A stretch of DNA of 24,000 bases from Ignavibacteriales bacterium (GTDB taxonomy: Bacteria; Bacteroidota; Ignavibacteria; UBA10030; JAHEZR01). How positions within the stretch are numbered: position 1 is the first letter of the stretch; every line of letters starts with the position of its first letter. The notes beneath the pieces are model-generated. The model was not told the origin of the DNA and did not search any database. It saw only the letters and a program-made list of their open reading frames with translations. A program made the translations under genes and the position numbers. Positions 8,707-17,379 of this stretch are shown piece after piece. Where the stretch lies: positions 7,784 through 31,783 of the forward strand of contig JBBIJH010000013.1 of NCBI GenBank assembly GCA_037446075.1. The letters are read 5' to 3'.

Positions 8707-10734
8707 CTAGAGGAGGGGGGCGATCACAAGAGAAACCACAGACATCAGCTTGATCAAAATGTTCATTGAAGGCCCTGAGGTATCCTTGAAGGGGTCTCCG
8801 ACAGTGTCTCCGACCACGGCGGCCTTGTGAACGTCCGAGCCTTTGCCTCCAAGGTTTCCACGCTCAATATACTTCTTCGCGTTGTCCCAAGCCCCACCCG
8901 CATTTGCCATCAGAAGTGCAAGAAGAACCCCCGTAAGAGTTGCCCCTCCTAGCATTCCACCTAAGGCTTGGGGTCCAATGCCAAAACCAACTAGAGGGGG
9001 AGCAATGACTGCGAGCATCCCTGGAACGATCATCTCCCTCAAAGCTGCCCGGGCACTGATATCGACGCAGCGTGCTGTCTCCGGCTTCGCCTTGCCCTCC
9101 ATTAAGCCGACTATTTCTTTGAACTGACGTCGTACCTCCTCCACCATCTTGAATGCGGCTTTCCCGACAGACGTCATTGTCAGTGACGCGATCGTGAAAG
9201 GAATCGCTCCGCCGATGAACAAGCCAATGACGACTCTCGGATCGGTTAGATTGATGATAAGGTCACCCCTGCCTTGCGTCACGGCGTGCGTGTATGCTGC
9301 ATAGAGAGCCAGCGCTGTAAGTGCAGCGGAGCCAATGGCAAAACCTTTTCCAATCGCTGCGGTGGTGTTTCCGAGAGAATCGAGACGGTCTGTGATCTTG
9401 CGAACATCAGGCCCCAGATGAGACATCTCAGAGATTCCACCTGCGTTGTCCGCAATCGGTCCATAGGCGTCGACTGACATGGTGATCCCAACGGTCGCAA
9501 GCATCCCGACTGCGGCGATGGCAATTCCATAAAGATTCGCCACAGAGTACGAGACGAAAATCGCAGCGCAAATGAGCAGGAGAGGAATGATCGTGCTTTG
9601 CATTCCGGTCGCGAGACCAGCGATGATGTTTGTCGCCACGCCAGTCTTCGTTGCATTTGCTATCCGGATGATCGGCGGCCCGCCGGTATAGAATTCCGTT
9701 GCCCACCCAATCATCATTCCAGCGACAGCGCCTGAGAGCACGGCAAGGAAAACGTTATTGTTCACGCTGATGAGAGTGATGAGGTAGTACACTCCGACTA
9801 ACATCAGGATGTTACTGACGATGGTCGAGTAGCGTAGGACTTTCGCTGGATCAAGCTTCTTGAGGGCTCTGACGGAGATGATTCCAAGCACGGACGCAAC
9901 CAGTCCCACTACAGAGATACTGAGGGGAAGTGACATCAACGCAAGTCTGCCGAGATCAACGGGAGTTCCTGTATATGTGAGACTTTGAACGATCGATATC
10001 CCCGCTGTTGCAGCAATGGCAATGGAAGCCACCATTGCTCCGACGTAAGACTCGAAGATATCGGCGCCCATCCCCGCAACATCGCCCACATTGTCACCAA
10101 CGTTGTCTGCAATCACTGCAGGATTTCTTGGGTCGTCTTCCGGAATTCCCGCCTCGATTTTTCCCACGAGATCAGCACCGACATCGGCAGATTTTGTGTA
10201 AATGCCGCCACCGACTCGTGCAAACAAAGCAATTGAGCTCGCTCCCATGGCAAAGCCGTTGATGGCCTCGGCATGCTCAGGATTTCCGAAGAGATTAAAG
10301 TAGACCCCAAGCCCGATCAGCCCGAGACTGGCAACAGCGAGTCCCATGACAGAGCCGCCGAGGAAAGAGACAAGCAACGCCCTGGACTGCCCGTGTGCGC
10401 GTGCTGCTTCCGTCGTGCGAACATTTGCTTTCGTAGCAGCTTGCATTCCGAAGAAGCCCGCGAGGAGTGAACAAAGCGCTCCGCTCACAAAGGTGATCCC
10501 GGTTCTCCAGCTGATAAAGTTCGTCAGGAGGCCAAAGACGATAAGGATGAAAAAGACCAGGACGCTATATTGTCGCCTTAAGATAGCCATCGCCCCGAGA
10601 TGGATTTGGTCTGCGATTTCTTTCATCCGGTCCGAGCCAGCAGGTTGCCTTCTGACGTAGAGAAAGACGGAAAATGCGATCAACAGTCCAAGGACACCGG
10701 CGGCGGGCGTCCAGTAAATGAGGTGCTCATTCAT
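8707..10734 (-). CDS. hppA: Membrane-bound pyrophosphate-energised cation pump (M-PPase). It is the K+-dependent type, with Na+-pump-like gate residue placement.
   Basis: Diagnostic motifs are present: [80 protein letters not shown] and [26 protein letters not shown] at 10734. Confidence 0.95.
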   Translation of the reverse strand: MNEHLIYWTPAAGVLGLLIAFSVFLYVRRQPAGSDRMKEIADQIHLGAMAILRRQYSVLVFFILIVFGLLTNFISWRTGITFVSGALCSLLAGFFGMQAATKANVRTTEAARAHGQSRALLVSFLGGSVMGLAVASLGLIGLGVYFNLFGNPEHAEAINGFAMGASSIALFARVGGGIYTKSADVGADLVGKIEAGIPEDDPRNPAVIADNVGDNVGDVAGMGADIFESYVGAMVASIAIAATAGISIVQSLTYTGTPVDLGRLALMSLPLSISVVGLVASVLGIISVRALKKLDPAKVLRYSTIVSNILMLVGVYYLITLISVNNNVFLAVLSGAVAGMMIGWATEFYTGGPPIIRIANATKTGVATNIIAGLATGMQSTIIPLLLICAAIFVSYSVANLYGIAIAAVGMLATVGITMSVDAYGPIADNAGGISEMSHLGPDVRKITDRLDSLGNTTAAIGKGFAIGSAALTALALYAAYTHAVTQGRGDLIINLTDPRVVIGLFIGGAIPFTIASLTMTSVGKAAFKMVEEVRRQFKEIVGLMEGKAKPETARCVDISARAALREMIVPGMLAVIAPPLVGFGIGPQALGGMLGGATLTGVLLALLMANAGGAWDNAKKYIERGNLGGKGSDVHKAAVVGDTVGDPFKDTSGPSMNILIKLMSVVSLVIAPLL

Positions 10735-10912
10735 AGACGAGGTTATTACGCTGATTTGCAGAAGGATGCTTGAATCATCACAGTCACAAGCACATTGTTT
10801 CCTATCCGAACCCCCCAGAGGGAAACTGCAGTCGGGAGATTCAACGAGAGGAGATCTTCAATGGGTTCCCCTAGAAGGCAAAAGAGTGGTAGGGTTAACC
10901 ACGCACCAACGC

Positions 10913-11020
10913 TTATTCTCTCTTCCCTTGGTTTTTCAGAATTTTCATGAAGCAATAAATGTTAAGAGCAACGATCAACACCCAGGTCCCGAGCATAAAA
11001 ACTAGCGCACCGGCGTTCAT
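10913..11020 (-). CDS. MetS-like small subunit of an NSS transporter (35-aa single-pass membrane peptide)
   Basis: Translation is MNAGALVFMLGTWVLIVALNIYCFMKILKNQGKRE. Its ATG (11020-11018) overlaps the TGA of the upstream NSS gene (11019-11017) as ATGA. It has one hydrophobic helix and a basic tail, the size and pattern I recall for MetS-family small subunits. It is hidden in the track as the last 35 codons of a 108-aa ORF. Confidence 0.7.
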   Translation of the reverse strand: MNAGALVFMLGTWVLIVALNIYCFMKILKNQGKRE

Positions 11021-12927
11021 GCTACACCTCCAGTTGCAGCTTCGATTGCACGACTTTTCCAGACGACTCTTATGAGCACAAGGAACATCACTGCAAACCC
11101 GATCATGACGAGGCGGGCAAGCCAGATAAAAGGAGCGCGATGAACCGCTTCCAGAGCGATCGTTACCTTCGCAGGGCGAAGCTCTGCGGGGCTGCCTCCC
11201 TCTCGAATCTCGTACCGGAACCCTTGGAGCGACAGCCAACGTTCAAAGCCGGCTGCGTCAAGAGCACCGCGAAGCCGTGGGTCTGCTTCGAAACCTGTTA
11301 CACGAACACTCCCATCGGCGCCGAGTTCCACCTCTGCCCACGCAGTAAGGTCCCGCTTGGTGCTCTTCACCATCGTGTACACGCGTTCCTCAATTACCTT
11401 TATCTCTTGCAGACGTGCCTGCCGCTCCTCACTTGTGACCGAAGCAGGGGGTTGCTTTTGGAATTTTCCTGGATAGCTGGCCCGATCAGCAATGTTCCAG
11501 ATAATGCGAGGCTTTGGAGCGAGGTCCGCCTGTAGCGCCCAGCCGATGAAGATTGCCAGCAGGGCGACTGGAGTAATGTACTTTAGAATGAACTTAAAAA
11601 TCCTTGGAATCTGAATCTGCGCACCGAGGTGAAGCTCAGTCCAACTCCGCTCGATTCCAAAAATCCAAGCGAACACGATCACCTCAATGATAGCCACCAC
11701 TACCAGCCCAATTGTCCCAGCCCAGTAATCAAACTCGTCGAGGACTCCGTACTTGAAGAAGTAAATCACCGGAATAGTGCCGACGAGCCAGATCAGACCG
11801 ACAATTGCAGCGGCAGCGCCCCTCTTTAGTTTTAGCTCATCCTGGAAGAATGCCATCACTGGCTGGCAGACGGCTACAGAACTCGTGAAAGCTGCGAAGA
11901 AAAGTAGTAAGAACCAGATCGTGCCAAAGAACTGTACACCGGGAAACGAGCGCAGTATTTCCGGCATGGAAACCATCCCGATGGAGAAGGAGCCGCTTTT
12001 GGCAATCTCGACTACTTGACCAGGTCCAAAGAAAATTGCTGCTGCCGGGATTGCGATCATGCTTCCGAAGATGACCTCAACGAATTCATTTGTAGCGGAA
12101 GTGGTAAGTCCCGCAAGGGCGATGTCCTCCTTCTCTCGAACATAGCTGGCGTAGCATTCAAGTGAGCCAAACCCAATCGAGAGCGTAAAGAAAATCTGGC
12201 CCGCGGCGGCAATCCATACGTTTGGATTCGTCAATGCGCTGAAATCCGGGGTCCAGAGAAATGAAAGCCCATCGAGGACCGACCCCTCGACCTTTCCCAG
12301 TGTGATAACTCGAACGGCCAGAATGAAACAGAAGATGATCAAAAGAGGGATGGCGATTTTTGCAAGCAGCTCAATTCCACGAACCACCCCGCGGGCGAGA
12401 ACCCAAATGTTTAATCCAACAGTGATGATGAGGAAGACAAGGGCGGTCGAGACACCGGGGAAGTACGAATGTGAAGTGGCTCTTCCCAGAAACTCATCGA
12501 GAAACACTCCCAACTCCACTGTATGGCCTGGAGTATTCAGATACTGACCGGTGAGAGAAAAATAAGAGTATGCCAGGCACCATGCTTCGATGTAAGTGTA
12601 GTAAAGACAAAAGACGATAGGCAAAGCAACCCCGAGGTGGCCCAAATACTTCGCAATCGGGTGTTTCCACAGCTTATCGAACATCCCCGGAAGGCTCCCA
12701 TGGCCGTAGCGTCCACCATATCTACCAATTGTCCAAGCGACCCACATGATCGGCAGGCCGAACAGGAGTAGAGACAGGACGTAGGGGATCATAAAAGCCC
12801 CTCCGCCGTTTTGCCCTGCCTGAGCGGGAAATCGGAGGAGGTTTCCGATGCCAATGGCGTTCCCTGCTGCTGCCAGGATGAGGCCAATCCTTGTACCCCA
12901 TGTCTCGCGTCCTGCGGGTTCAGTCAT
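11017..12927 (-). CDS. Sodium-dependent neurotransmitter:sodium symporter (NSS/SNF) family transporter, with a large insertion before the last TM
   Basis: NSS TM1 signature GLILAAAGNAIGIGNLLRFP and TM6 AAGQIFFTLSIGFGSLECYASY. I count 11 hydrophobic segments, then about 133 hydrophilic aa, then a final TM (FIWLARLVMIGFAVMFLVLI). Confidence 0.92.
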   Translation of the reverse strand: MTEPAGRETWGTRIGLILAAAGNAIGIGNLLRFPAQAGQNGGGAFMIPYVLSLLLFGLPIMWVAWTIGRYGGRYGHGSLPGMFDKLWKHPIAKYLGHLGVALPIVFCLYYTYIEAWCLAYSYFSLTGQYLNTPGHTVELGVFLDEFLGRATSHSYFPGVSTALVFLIITVGLNIWVLARGVVRGIELLAKIAIPLLIIFCFILAVRVITLGKVEGSVLDGLSFLWTPDFSALTNPNVWIAAAGQIFFTLSIGFGSLECYASYVREKEDIALAGLTTSATNEFVEVIFGSMIAIPAAAIFFGPGQVVEIAKSGSFSIGMVSMPEILRSFPGVQFFGTIWFLLLFFAAFTSSVAVCQPVMAFFQDELKLKRGAAAAIVGLIWLVGTIPVIYFFKYGVLDEFDYWAGTIGLVVVAIIEVIVFAWIFGIERSWTELHLGAQIQIPRIFKFILKYITPVALLAIFIGWALQADLAPKPRIIWNIADRASYPGKFQKQPPASVTSEERQARLQEIKVIEERVYTMVKSTKRDLTAWAEVELGADGSVRVTGFEADPRLRGALDAAGFERWLSLQGFRYEIREGGSPAELRPAKVTIALEAVHRAPFIWLARLVMIGFAVMFLVLIRVVWKSRAIEAATGGVA

Positions 12928-12987
12928 GAGAGGTTCCCTTCTAGGTGGTAGACGAATGGACGACGTATGGAAAAATACTTGGGGAAG

Positions 12988-13026
12988 ATAAAAGAAAAAC
13001 CCCAGAAGCGCAACTGTTTTCTCGGG
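12988..13026 (-). terminator. Rho-independent terminator candidate closing the exbB...TPR operon
   Basis: The minus strand reads CCCGAGAA-aacagttgcgc-TTCTGGG, a 7-bp stem with one bulged G, followed by GTTTTTCTTTTATC. It lies 80 nt downstream of the TPR gene stop. Confidence 0.45.
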
Positions 13027-13107
13027 TTGGAGGCGAGAAGGAAGGAGTCAAAACACAGGCAAACAAAGGTTGTCGGGACTGAAACCAATCTTCGAGGGGA
13101 TAGATGA

Positions 13108-14937
13108 TCAAAGTAGATCTAGAGCTTGCTTTGCATCCTTGTTCGCGGGATTGATTCTCAGGATCTTCCGGAACAGTGATTTCGCCTCCTCAGTCTTTTC
13201 TTTGTTCAGGTCGGGTTCCCCCGGAAACCGGCAGAGGATCAACGCTCTCCCAAGCCAAAGAAGATCTTCCTCACCATTCGGTCTCATGCTCACTGCAGTC
13301 CGAAGATGGAGGACTCCCTCTTCGCACTTCGATCGTGAGTCTGCTTCGTCGTCTGCCTTTTTGCCGAGGATTAGGCATTGGCCCAGCCGAAGATGAACAT
13401 CGGCAGTGTTCAGTCCCGCCTTGATTGCTTTCTTGAAATGCTCTATTGCTGCAGGATACTTCTGTCCCACGAAGGCGATGGCACCCATCCTGAAATAGAT
13501 TTCCTGCGCTTCCTTCTTGTACTTCGCTTCATCTTTCGTTACCACTGTCAGGGCACGTTCGTATACTTTCTGTTGTTGATCCATCTGGCCCATCAGAGCA
13601 TACACCGTCGCAAGGTAGATATACCCTTGGACGTAATTCGGGTTCAGTTGGATCGCCTTCTCAAATGCAATCAATGATTCTTGGAATCTTCCAAGGGCCA
13701 TCAGAGAACTACCAAGGTTTACGTAGCTAGAGACGGACTTTGGATCAACCTCGATTTTCTTCTTGTACATTCTGATCGCATCGTCGTACTGGCGATTCGA
13801 CATGTAAAGGTTTGCAAGGTCGGTATAAACATCGGAGAGCGTCGAGTCGATTCTCAATGCAAGCTCATAATTCTTGATTGCATTCGCCGAATCCTTCAGG
13901 GCATGGTACGACTTCCCAAGTCTCACAAAATCCTCGCCCGTTGCATCACGAGAGCGAGTGTCGGCGATTTTCCCGAGCACCTCTATTGCTTTCTTATGGT
14001 TTCCCGATTCGAAGTATGAGTATCCGAGAAGACGCGCGGCGTCGACGTTCGATGGGTCAAGCTTTGTGGCAGTCTCCAACGCTTTCACGGCTTCCGAGTA
14101 CTGCCGGTTTGAGTACAAAGCCCGGCCGAGGTTCAAGTGCCCCTCAAAAGATTTCGGTACAAGGCGCACATAGCTTCGGAAGGCGGTTGCAGCATTCCCA
14201 TATTGTTTTGCCGCGATGTAGATCGTCCCCATGTCGTTCCAGGCGCCAGCATTCGTGGAATCAATAGCCACGACCTCTTTCAGTTCTCGAATCGCCTCAG
14301 TGTATTGTTTTAGCTTGAAGTATGCCCGGGACAGTTTATAACGCAAGGGGGCATTTTTCGGTGCAAGGTTGAGTGCCTTCTTGTACTCCTCGATTGCGCC
14401 GGGAATCACGTTGAGCTTTGCATACGTGTCCCCGAGTCCCTCAAACACCTCTGGCGCTTCGGAGCGAAGCTCTCGAGCTCGAGTGAAACTGAGGATCGCT
14501 TGGTCGAGAGAATCCACCGCGACAAAGGCACTCCCGAGTCCAACCTGAGCCTCAAAATTCGCAGGCTCAAGTCTTGCGGCAGTTTTGTAATACGTAAGAG
14601 ATTGGGAATACTTCTTCTGCGTGAAATATAGGTTTCCCAATGCTAGATGACCCGCAACGAGGTCGCCGTCAATGCGTACTGCTTCAAGGAGATAGGCTTC
14701 CGCAGAGTCGAGGGCTTTCTTCTCAACATAGGCGATTCCGAGATAATAGTTTGCTTGGCTTGACCGTGGAGAGACCCTCAGGATGCGCTTGAAGATCTCG
14801 ATGGCCTCGTCCACGTTTCCGCTCTTCAAAAGCTCTTTCCCGCGTTCTAGTCCCTCTTGGCCAAGCGCGAGCTGGGCCAAGACCAACAGGGTCATGAGAC
14901 AGAGTGTTGTTCTTCGTGGCATAACGACTGCCATCAC
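13108..14937 (-). CDS. Secreted tetratricopeptide-repeat (TPR) protein
   Basis: 609 aa. The N-terminus MMAVVMPRRTTLCLMTLLVLAQLALGQ is signal-like, followed by about 14 tandem 34-aa units with the W/L-G-Y-A-F-A-P TPR pattern (e.g. ANYYLGIAYVEKKALDSAEAYLLEAVRIDG). Start is GTG 14937 or ATG 14934, and both overlap the stop of the upstream gene. Confidence 0.9.
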   Translation of the reverse strand: MMAVVMPRRTTLCLMTLLVLAQLALGQEGLERGKELLKSGNVDEAIEIFKRILRVSPRSSQANYYLGIAYVEKKALDSAEAYLLEAVRIDGDLVAGHLALGNLYFTQKKYSQSLTYYKTAARLEPANFEAQVGLGSAFVAVDSLDQAILSFTRARELRSEAPEVFEGLGDTYAKLNVIPGAIEEYKKALNLAPKNAPLRYKLSRAYFKLKQYTEAIRELKEVVAIDSTNAGAWNDMGTIYIAAKQYGNAATAFRSYVRLVPKSFEGHLNLGRALYSNRQYSEAVKALETATKLDPSNVDAARLLGYSYFESGNHKKAIEVLGKIADTRSRDATGEDFVRLGKSYHALKDSANAIKNYELALRIDSTLSDVYTDLANLYMSNRQYDDAIRMYKKKIEVDPKSVSSYVNLGSSLMALGRFQESLIAFEKAIQLNPNYVQGYIYLATVYALMGQMDQQQKVYERALTVVTKDEAKYKKEAQEIYFRMGAIAFVGQKYPAAIEHFKKAIKAGLNTADVHLRLGQCLILGKKADDEADSRSKCEEGVLHLRTAVSMRPNGEEDLLWLGRALILCRFPGEPDLNKEKTEEAKSLFRKILRINPANKDAKQALDLL

Positions 14938-15890
14938 ATAGTTGTCGTAGGCTGGACGAGGCGGACTGGTTGCACGGCCGGCACCAGCCCACTATTTAGG
15001 AATATCTTCTGCCCCGGACCACTTGCCGCGAAAGAGATGAAGCCAGCGCCAAGCCCGTATCCTTTCTCGCGGGAATAGATGAAGATTGTTCGGCGAAGCG
15101 GATAGAACTCCCGATAAATATGAGCAGGATGCGGAGCAAAGTATCTAACTCTCTTGCCAGTGGCATCTACATGGTATTCCTCAGTTCCAAGCTCCAGCAC
15201 CTTTACTCCTGCAGAATCTTCAGCAAGCCAGGCCGTACCCACAAAACCGATTGCCTCTGGCCTTGCTCGAACAAGATTCAACACCTGAGCGCTCGTCGAA
15301 CAGGGAAAGAGCTGAGTGGTGAAGGGCATCTCCTTTGCTACTTTTGTCTTCACAAGCTCGTACTCACTGGAGTTTGGCCCGCCGATGGCTAGAAAGATGG
15401 GAGGCGATTTCTTACCCGCGGGGTGAAGTTCTCTCCACGAGCGTACTTTTCCTGTTGTGACGAGCCGTAGCTCCTCAAGAGAGAGTTGATTCACAGGATT
15501 GGTGGGGTGGACGAGGACCGCGATGCCGTCGTAGGCGATCCCGAGGGCGTCGACGTACAACTGATGCTTCTCAACGACTGCTTGCTCTTCATCGTTGAGT
15601 TCACGTGCAGACACGATCACCTTCGCTTCGTTGTTGAGCATCTTCACTATCGCTTCACGGGTTGTTGCTACGGAAAGCGAGAGATGAGCATTCGGATAAT
15701 TCTGATTGAACTCCTGGACAACTTTCGTCAGCACAGGGGCGACCGATTCCGCGGTGATCACATGCAGGGTTCCCCTTGTAGGGCTTTCCCCTTGATCAGG
15801 TGCACAACTTATTAGCCCCATGAGCGCTAAGATCGCCAGTCTTGGGCTCAAAACAGCCCTGATGGCTCGTTTACCGGAACGAGCTTGCAT
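14934..15890 (-). CDS. PstS-family (PBP-like type 2) periplasmic substrate-binding lipoprotein
   Basis: I prefer the start at ATG 15890, preceded by AGGAGGAGAAACC, over the track start at 15956. A lipobox LMGLISC follows a basic N-terminus. The body resembles phosphate-binding-protein-like domains (GTLHVITAESVAP..., GKVRSWRELHP, FVGTAWL). No pstCAB genes are nearby. Confidence 0.8.
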   Translation of the reverse strand: MQARSGKRAIRAVLSPRLAILALMGLISCAPDQGESPTRGTLHVITAESVAPVLTKVVQEFNQNYPNAHLSLSVATTREAIVKMLNNEAKVIVSARELNDEEQAVVEKHQLYVDALGIAYDGIAVLVHPTNPVNQLSLEELRLVTTGKVRSWRELHPAGKKSPPIFLAIGGPNSSEYELVKTKVAKEMPFTTQLFPCSTSAQVLNLVRARPEAIGFVGTAWLAEDSAGVKVLELGTEEYHVDATGKRVRYFAPHPAHIYREFYPLRRTIFIYSREKGYGLGAGFISFAASGPGQKIFLNSGLVPAVQPVRLVQPTTTM

Positions 15891-16083
15891 GGTTTCTCCT
15901 CCTGAAATATATAACAACGAACCGGTATACTCCATAGAGTACCAGAACGATCCCAAACATCACACGAAACGTTGAGGGGATGTTCGTTGGAAGGAGAAAG
16001 CCGGCGACAATCAAGAAGCCGGTGAGAGATATCAGGGTGGAAGCCGCATACGCGAAGTAGCGGAAGAGCTTCGCGGCTGTCAT
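15871..16083 (-). CDS. Small two-TM membrane protein (70 aa), function unknown
   Basis: ATG lies 3 nt after the tonB stop. Two clear hydrophobic helices (AYAASTLISLTGFLIVAGFLL and VMFGIVLVLYGVYRFVVIYF) carry basic flanks. The 3' end overlaps the PstS-like start by 20 nt. No Shine-Dalgarno sequence is visible. Confidence 0.5.
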   Translation of the reverse strand: MTAAKLFRYFAYAASTLISLTGFLIVAGFLLPTNIPSTFRVMFGIVLVLYGVYRFVVIYFRRRNHASSFR

Positions 16084-16086
16084 GCA

Positions 16087-16815
16087 CTATTTTTTTAGTT
16101 GGAAGTTAAACGGCACGACAACCCAGACCGTGACAGGCCCGTTGTTCATCAGCGCAGGGGTAAACACCCACTGATAGACCGCTTCGAGGGCGTCCTTATT
16201 GAAAATCTCTGCATCGCTCTTCAGGATGACCGCTTTCTTTACCTTCCCTTCTTTGTCCACCAGCGCCTTGATGTAGACTTTTCCTTCTACACCTGCCCTC
16301 TTTGCTATTTCTGGATACGCCGGTGAAACTCTTTTCACAGGTACTGGTTCTTTCTCCACCGGGATAAAAGCATCGATGTCGGGCTCTTCTTCTAGCTGGA
16401 TATTCTCGATCACAAGGGAATCCCCTCTACCACTTCCGCCGCCTGTTTCCACCACAGGTCCAATCTGGGACATCTCCTCCTGAGTAGCGATCGTTTGCTC
16501 CGGTGAGACTTCCGCGTCTGGAACGGGGACGGGAATTCCCACGGTGGGTTTCGCCACGGGGGCTGACACTGCGATCTGAGGGACGGTCTGGCTCGTGAGT
16601 GAAGGAGGTGGGGCGAGGTCCGTGTACTTCAGAATACGGACGACTGGGACGCGCTCTTCCTCACGAGAAAAGTGAGTCGCACCAATGTAGGTAAAGATTC
16701 CAACCAGGTGGAATCCAATTCCGATAGCCAGCGCGATGCTAAAGTACTTTTGATACTTTTTCTTCAATTCTGGTGCGCCGTACTCTTGGTCCTTCTGTAC
16801 TTCCGCCAAGGTCAT
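16087..16815 (-). CDS. tonB: TonB-family energy transducer
   Basis: There is an N-terminal TM anchor (FSIALAIGIGFHLVGIFTYIG), a Pro-rich spacer (DLAPPPSLTSQTVPQIAVSAPVAKPTVGIPVPVPD) and a TonB C-terminal domain (PAYPEIAKRAGVEGKVYIKALVDKEGKV...VFTPA...). AAGGAGGGG precedes the ATG. Confidence 0.9.
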   Translation of the reverse strand: MTLAEVQKDQEYGAPELKKKYQKYFSIALAIGIGFHLVGIFTYIGATHFSREEERVPVVRILKYTDLAPPPSLTSQTVPQIAVSAPVAKPTVGIPVPVPDAEVSPEQTIATQEEMSQIGPVVETGGGSGRGDSLVIENIQLEEEPDIDAFIPVEKEPVPVKRVSPAYPEIAKRAGVEGKVYIKALVDKEGKVKKAVILKSDAEIFNKDALEAVYQWVFTPALMNNGPVTVWVVVPFNFQLKK

Positions 16816-16848
16816 CCCCTCCTTTTTGGGAGTTTCCTTTGAAACTGG

Positions 16849-17346
16849 TTATCCGGCTGCCTTTGCAACTTCTTTCCTGTCTTGTTCTAGCAGAGGAGCG
16901 AGGCTGAATCGCTTAACGTCAGCAACGTTAATCTCGTCGAGGACATCCACCATCGTGGCGTACTTGCTCTTTCGGTCCACCTTTACAAGTGTGATGAGCT
17001 TCGGGTTCTCTTGGTTCTTATCTCGAAGGAACTTCCTCAACTCAGTAAAAGCGATTCTCTGCGGCCTTTCGATTCCCATGTTCCAGTAGAGCGAGCCATC
17101 TTCCATCAATCGAAGTGTTAAGAGATTCGATTCGGCGACCTCTACCTTCGTCTCGCTCGGTGGAAGGTTGATCTCCATGCTCTGTGGTCTGCTGAAGACT
17201 GTTGTAAGCATGAAGAAGGTAAGTAGGAGTAAAACCACATCCACCATCGGCGTCATGTCAATACGAATCCCCAAGCGCCTTTTTGTCTTGCGTTTCTTCT
17301 TGTGCTTGCCGCGTTCCTTGGGGGCTTGTGTGTCGACTACACCCAT
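16849..17346 (-). CDS. exbD: ExbD/TolR biopolymer transport protein (second copy)
   Basis: Motif IDMTPMVDVVLLLLTFFMLTT. The track start GTG 17352 sits directly against AGAGGAGA. ATG 17346 has better SD spacing and is preferred. Confidence 0.88.
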   Translation of the reverse strand: MGVVDTQAPKERGKHKKKRKTKRRLGIRIDMTPMVDVVLLLLTFFMLTTVFSRPQSMEINLPPSETKVEVAESNLLTLRLMEDGSLYWNMGIERPQRIAFTELRKFLRDKNQENPKLITLVKVDRKSKYATMVDVLDEINVADVKRFSLAPLLEQDRKEVAKAAG

Positions 17347-17379
17347 ACGCACTCTCCTCTATAGCTTATAACGCAGATT

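Noticed and set aside
10735-10912. A possible riboswitch or structured leader in the 178-nt gap upstream of the pyrophosphatase gene, together with ORFs 10746-10955 (-) and 10718-11005 (+).
   Set aside because: I found only short imperfect stems (e.g. GGGAA...TTCCC) and no recognisable riboswitch core. The ORFs overlap the MetS-like gene or are antisense and lack protein-like composition.
10913-11239. The 108-aa ORF read as a single gene.
   Set aside because: Its first 73 codons overlap the 3' end of the NSS gene in another frame and are Arg/Ser/Cys-rich. Only the last 35 codons, from ATG 11020, look like a real MetS-like membrane peptide.
15848-16087. A 79-aa ORF on the - strand that overlaps the tonB stop and the small TM gene.
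   Set aside because: It is a hydrophilic Cys/Arg/Pro-rich translation with no start context. The alternative frame (15871-16083) gives a convincing two-TM protein.
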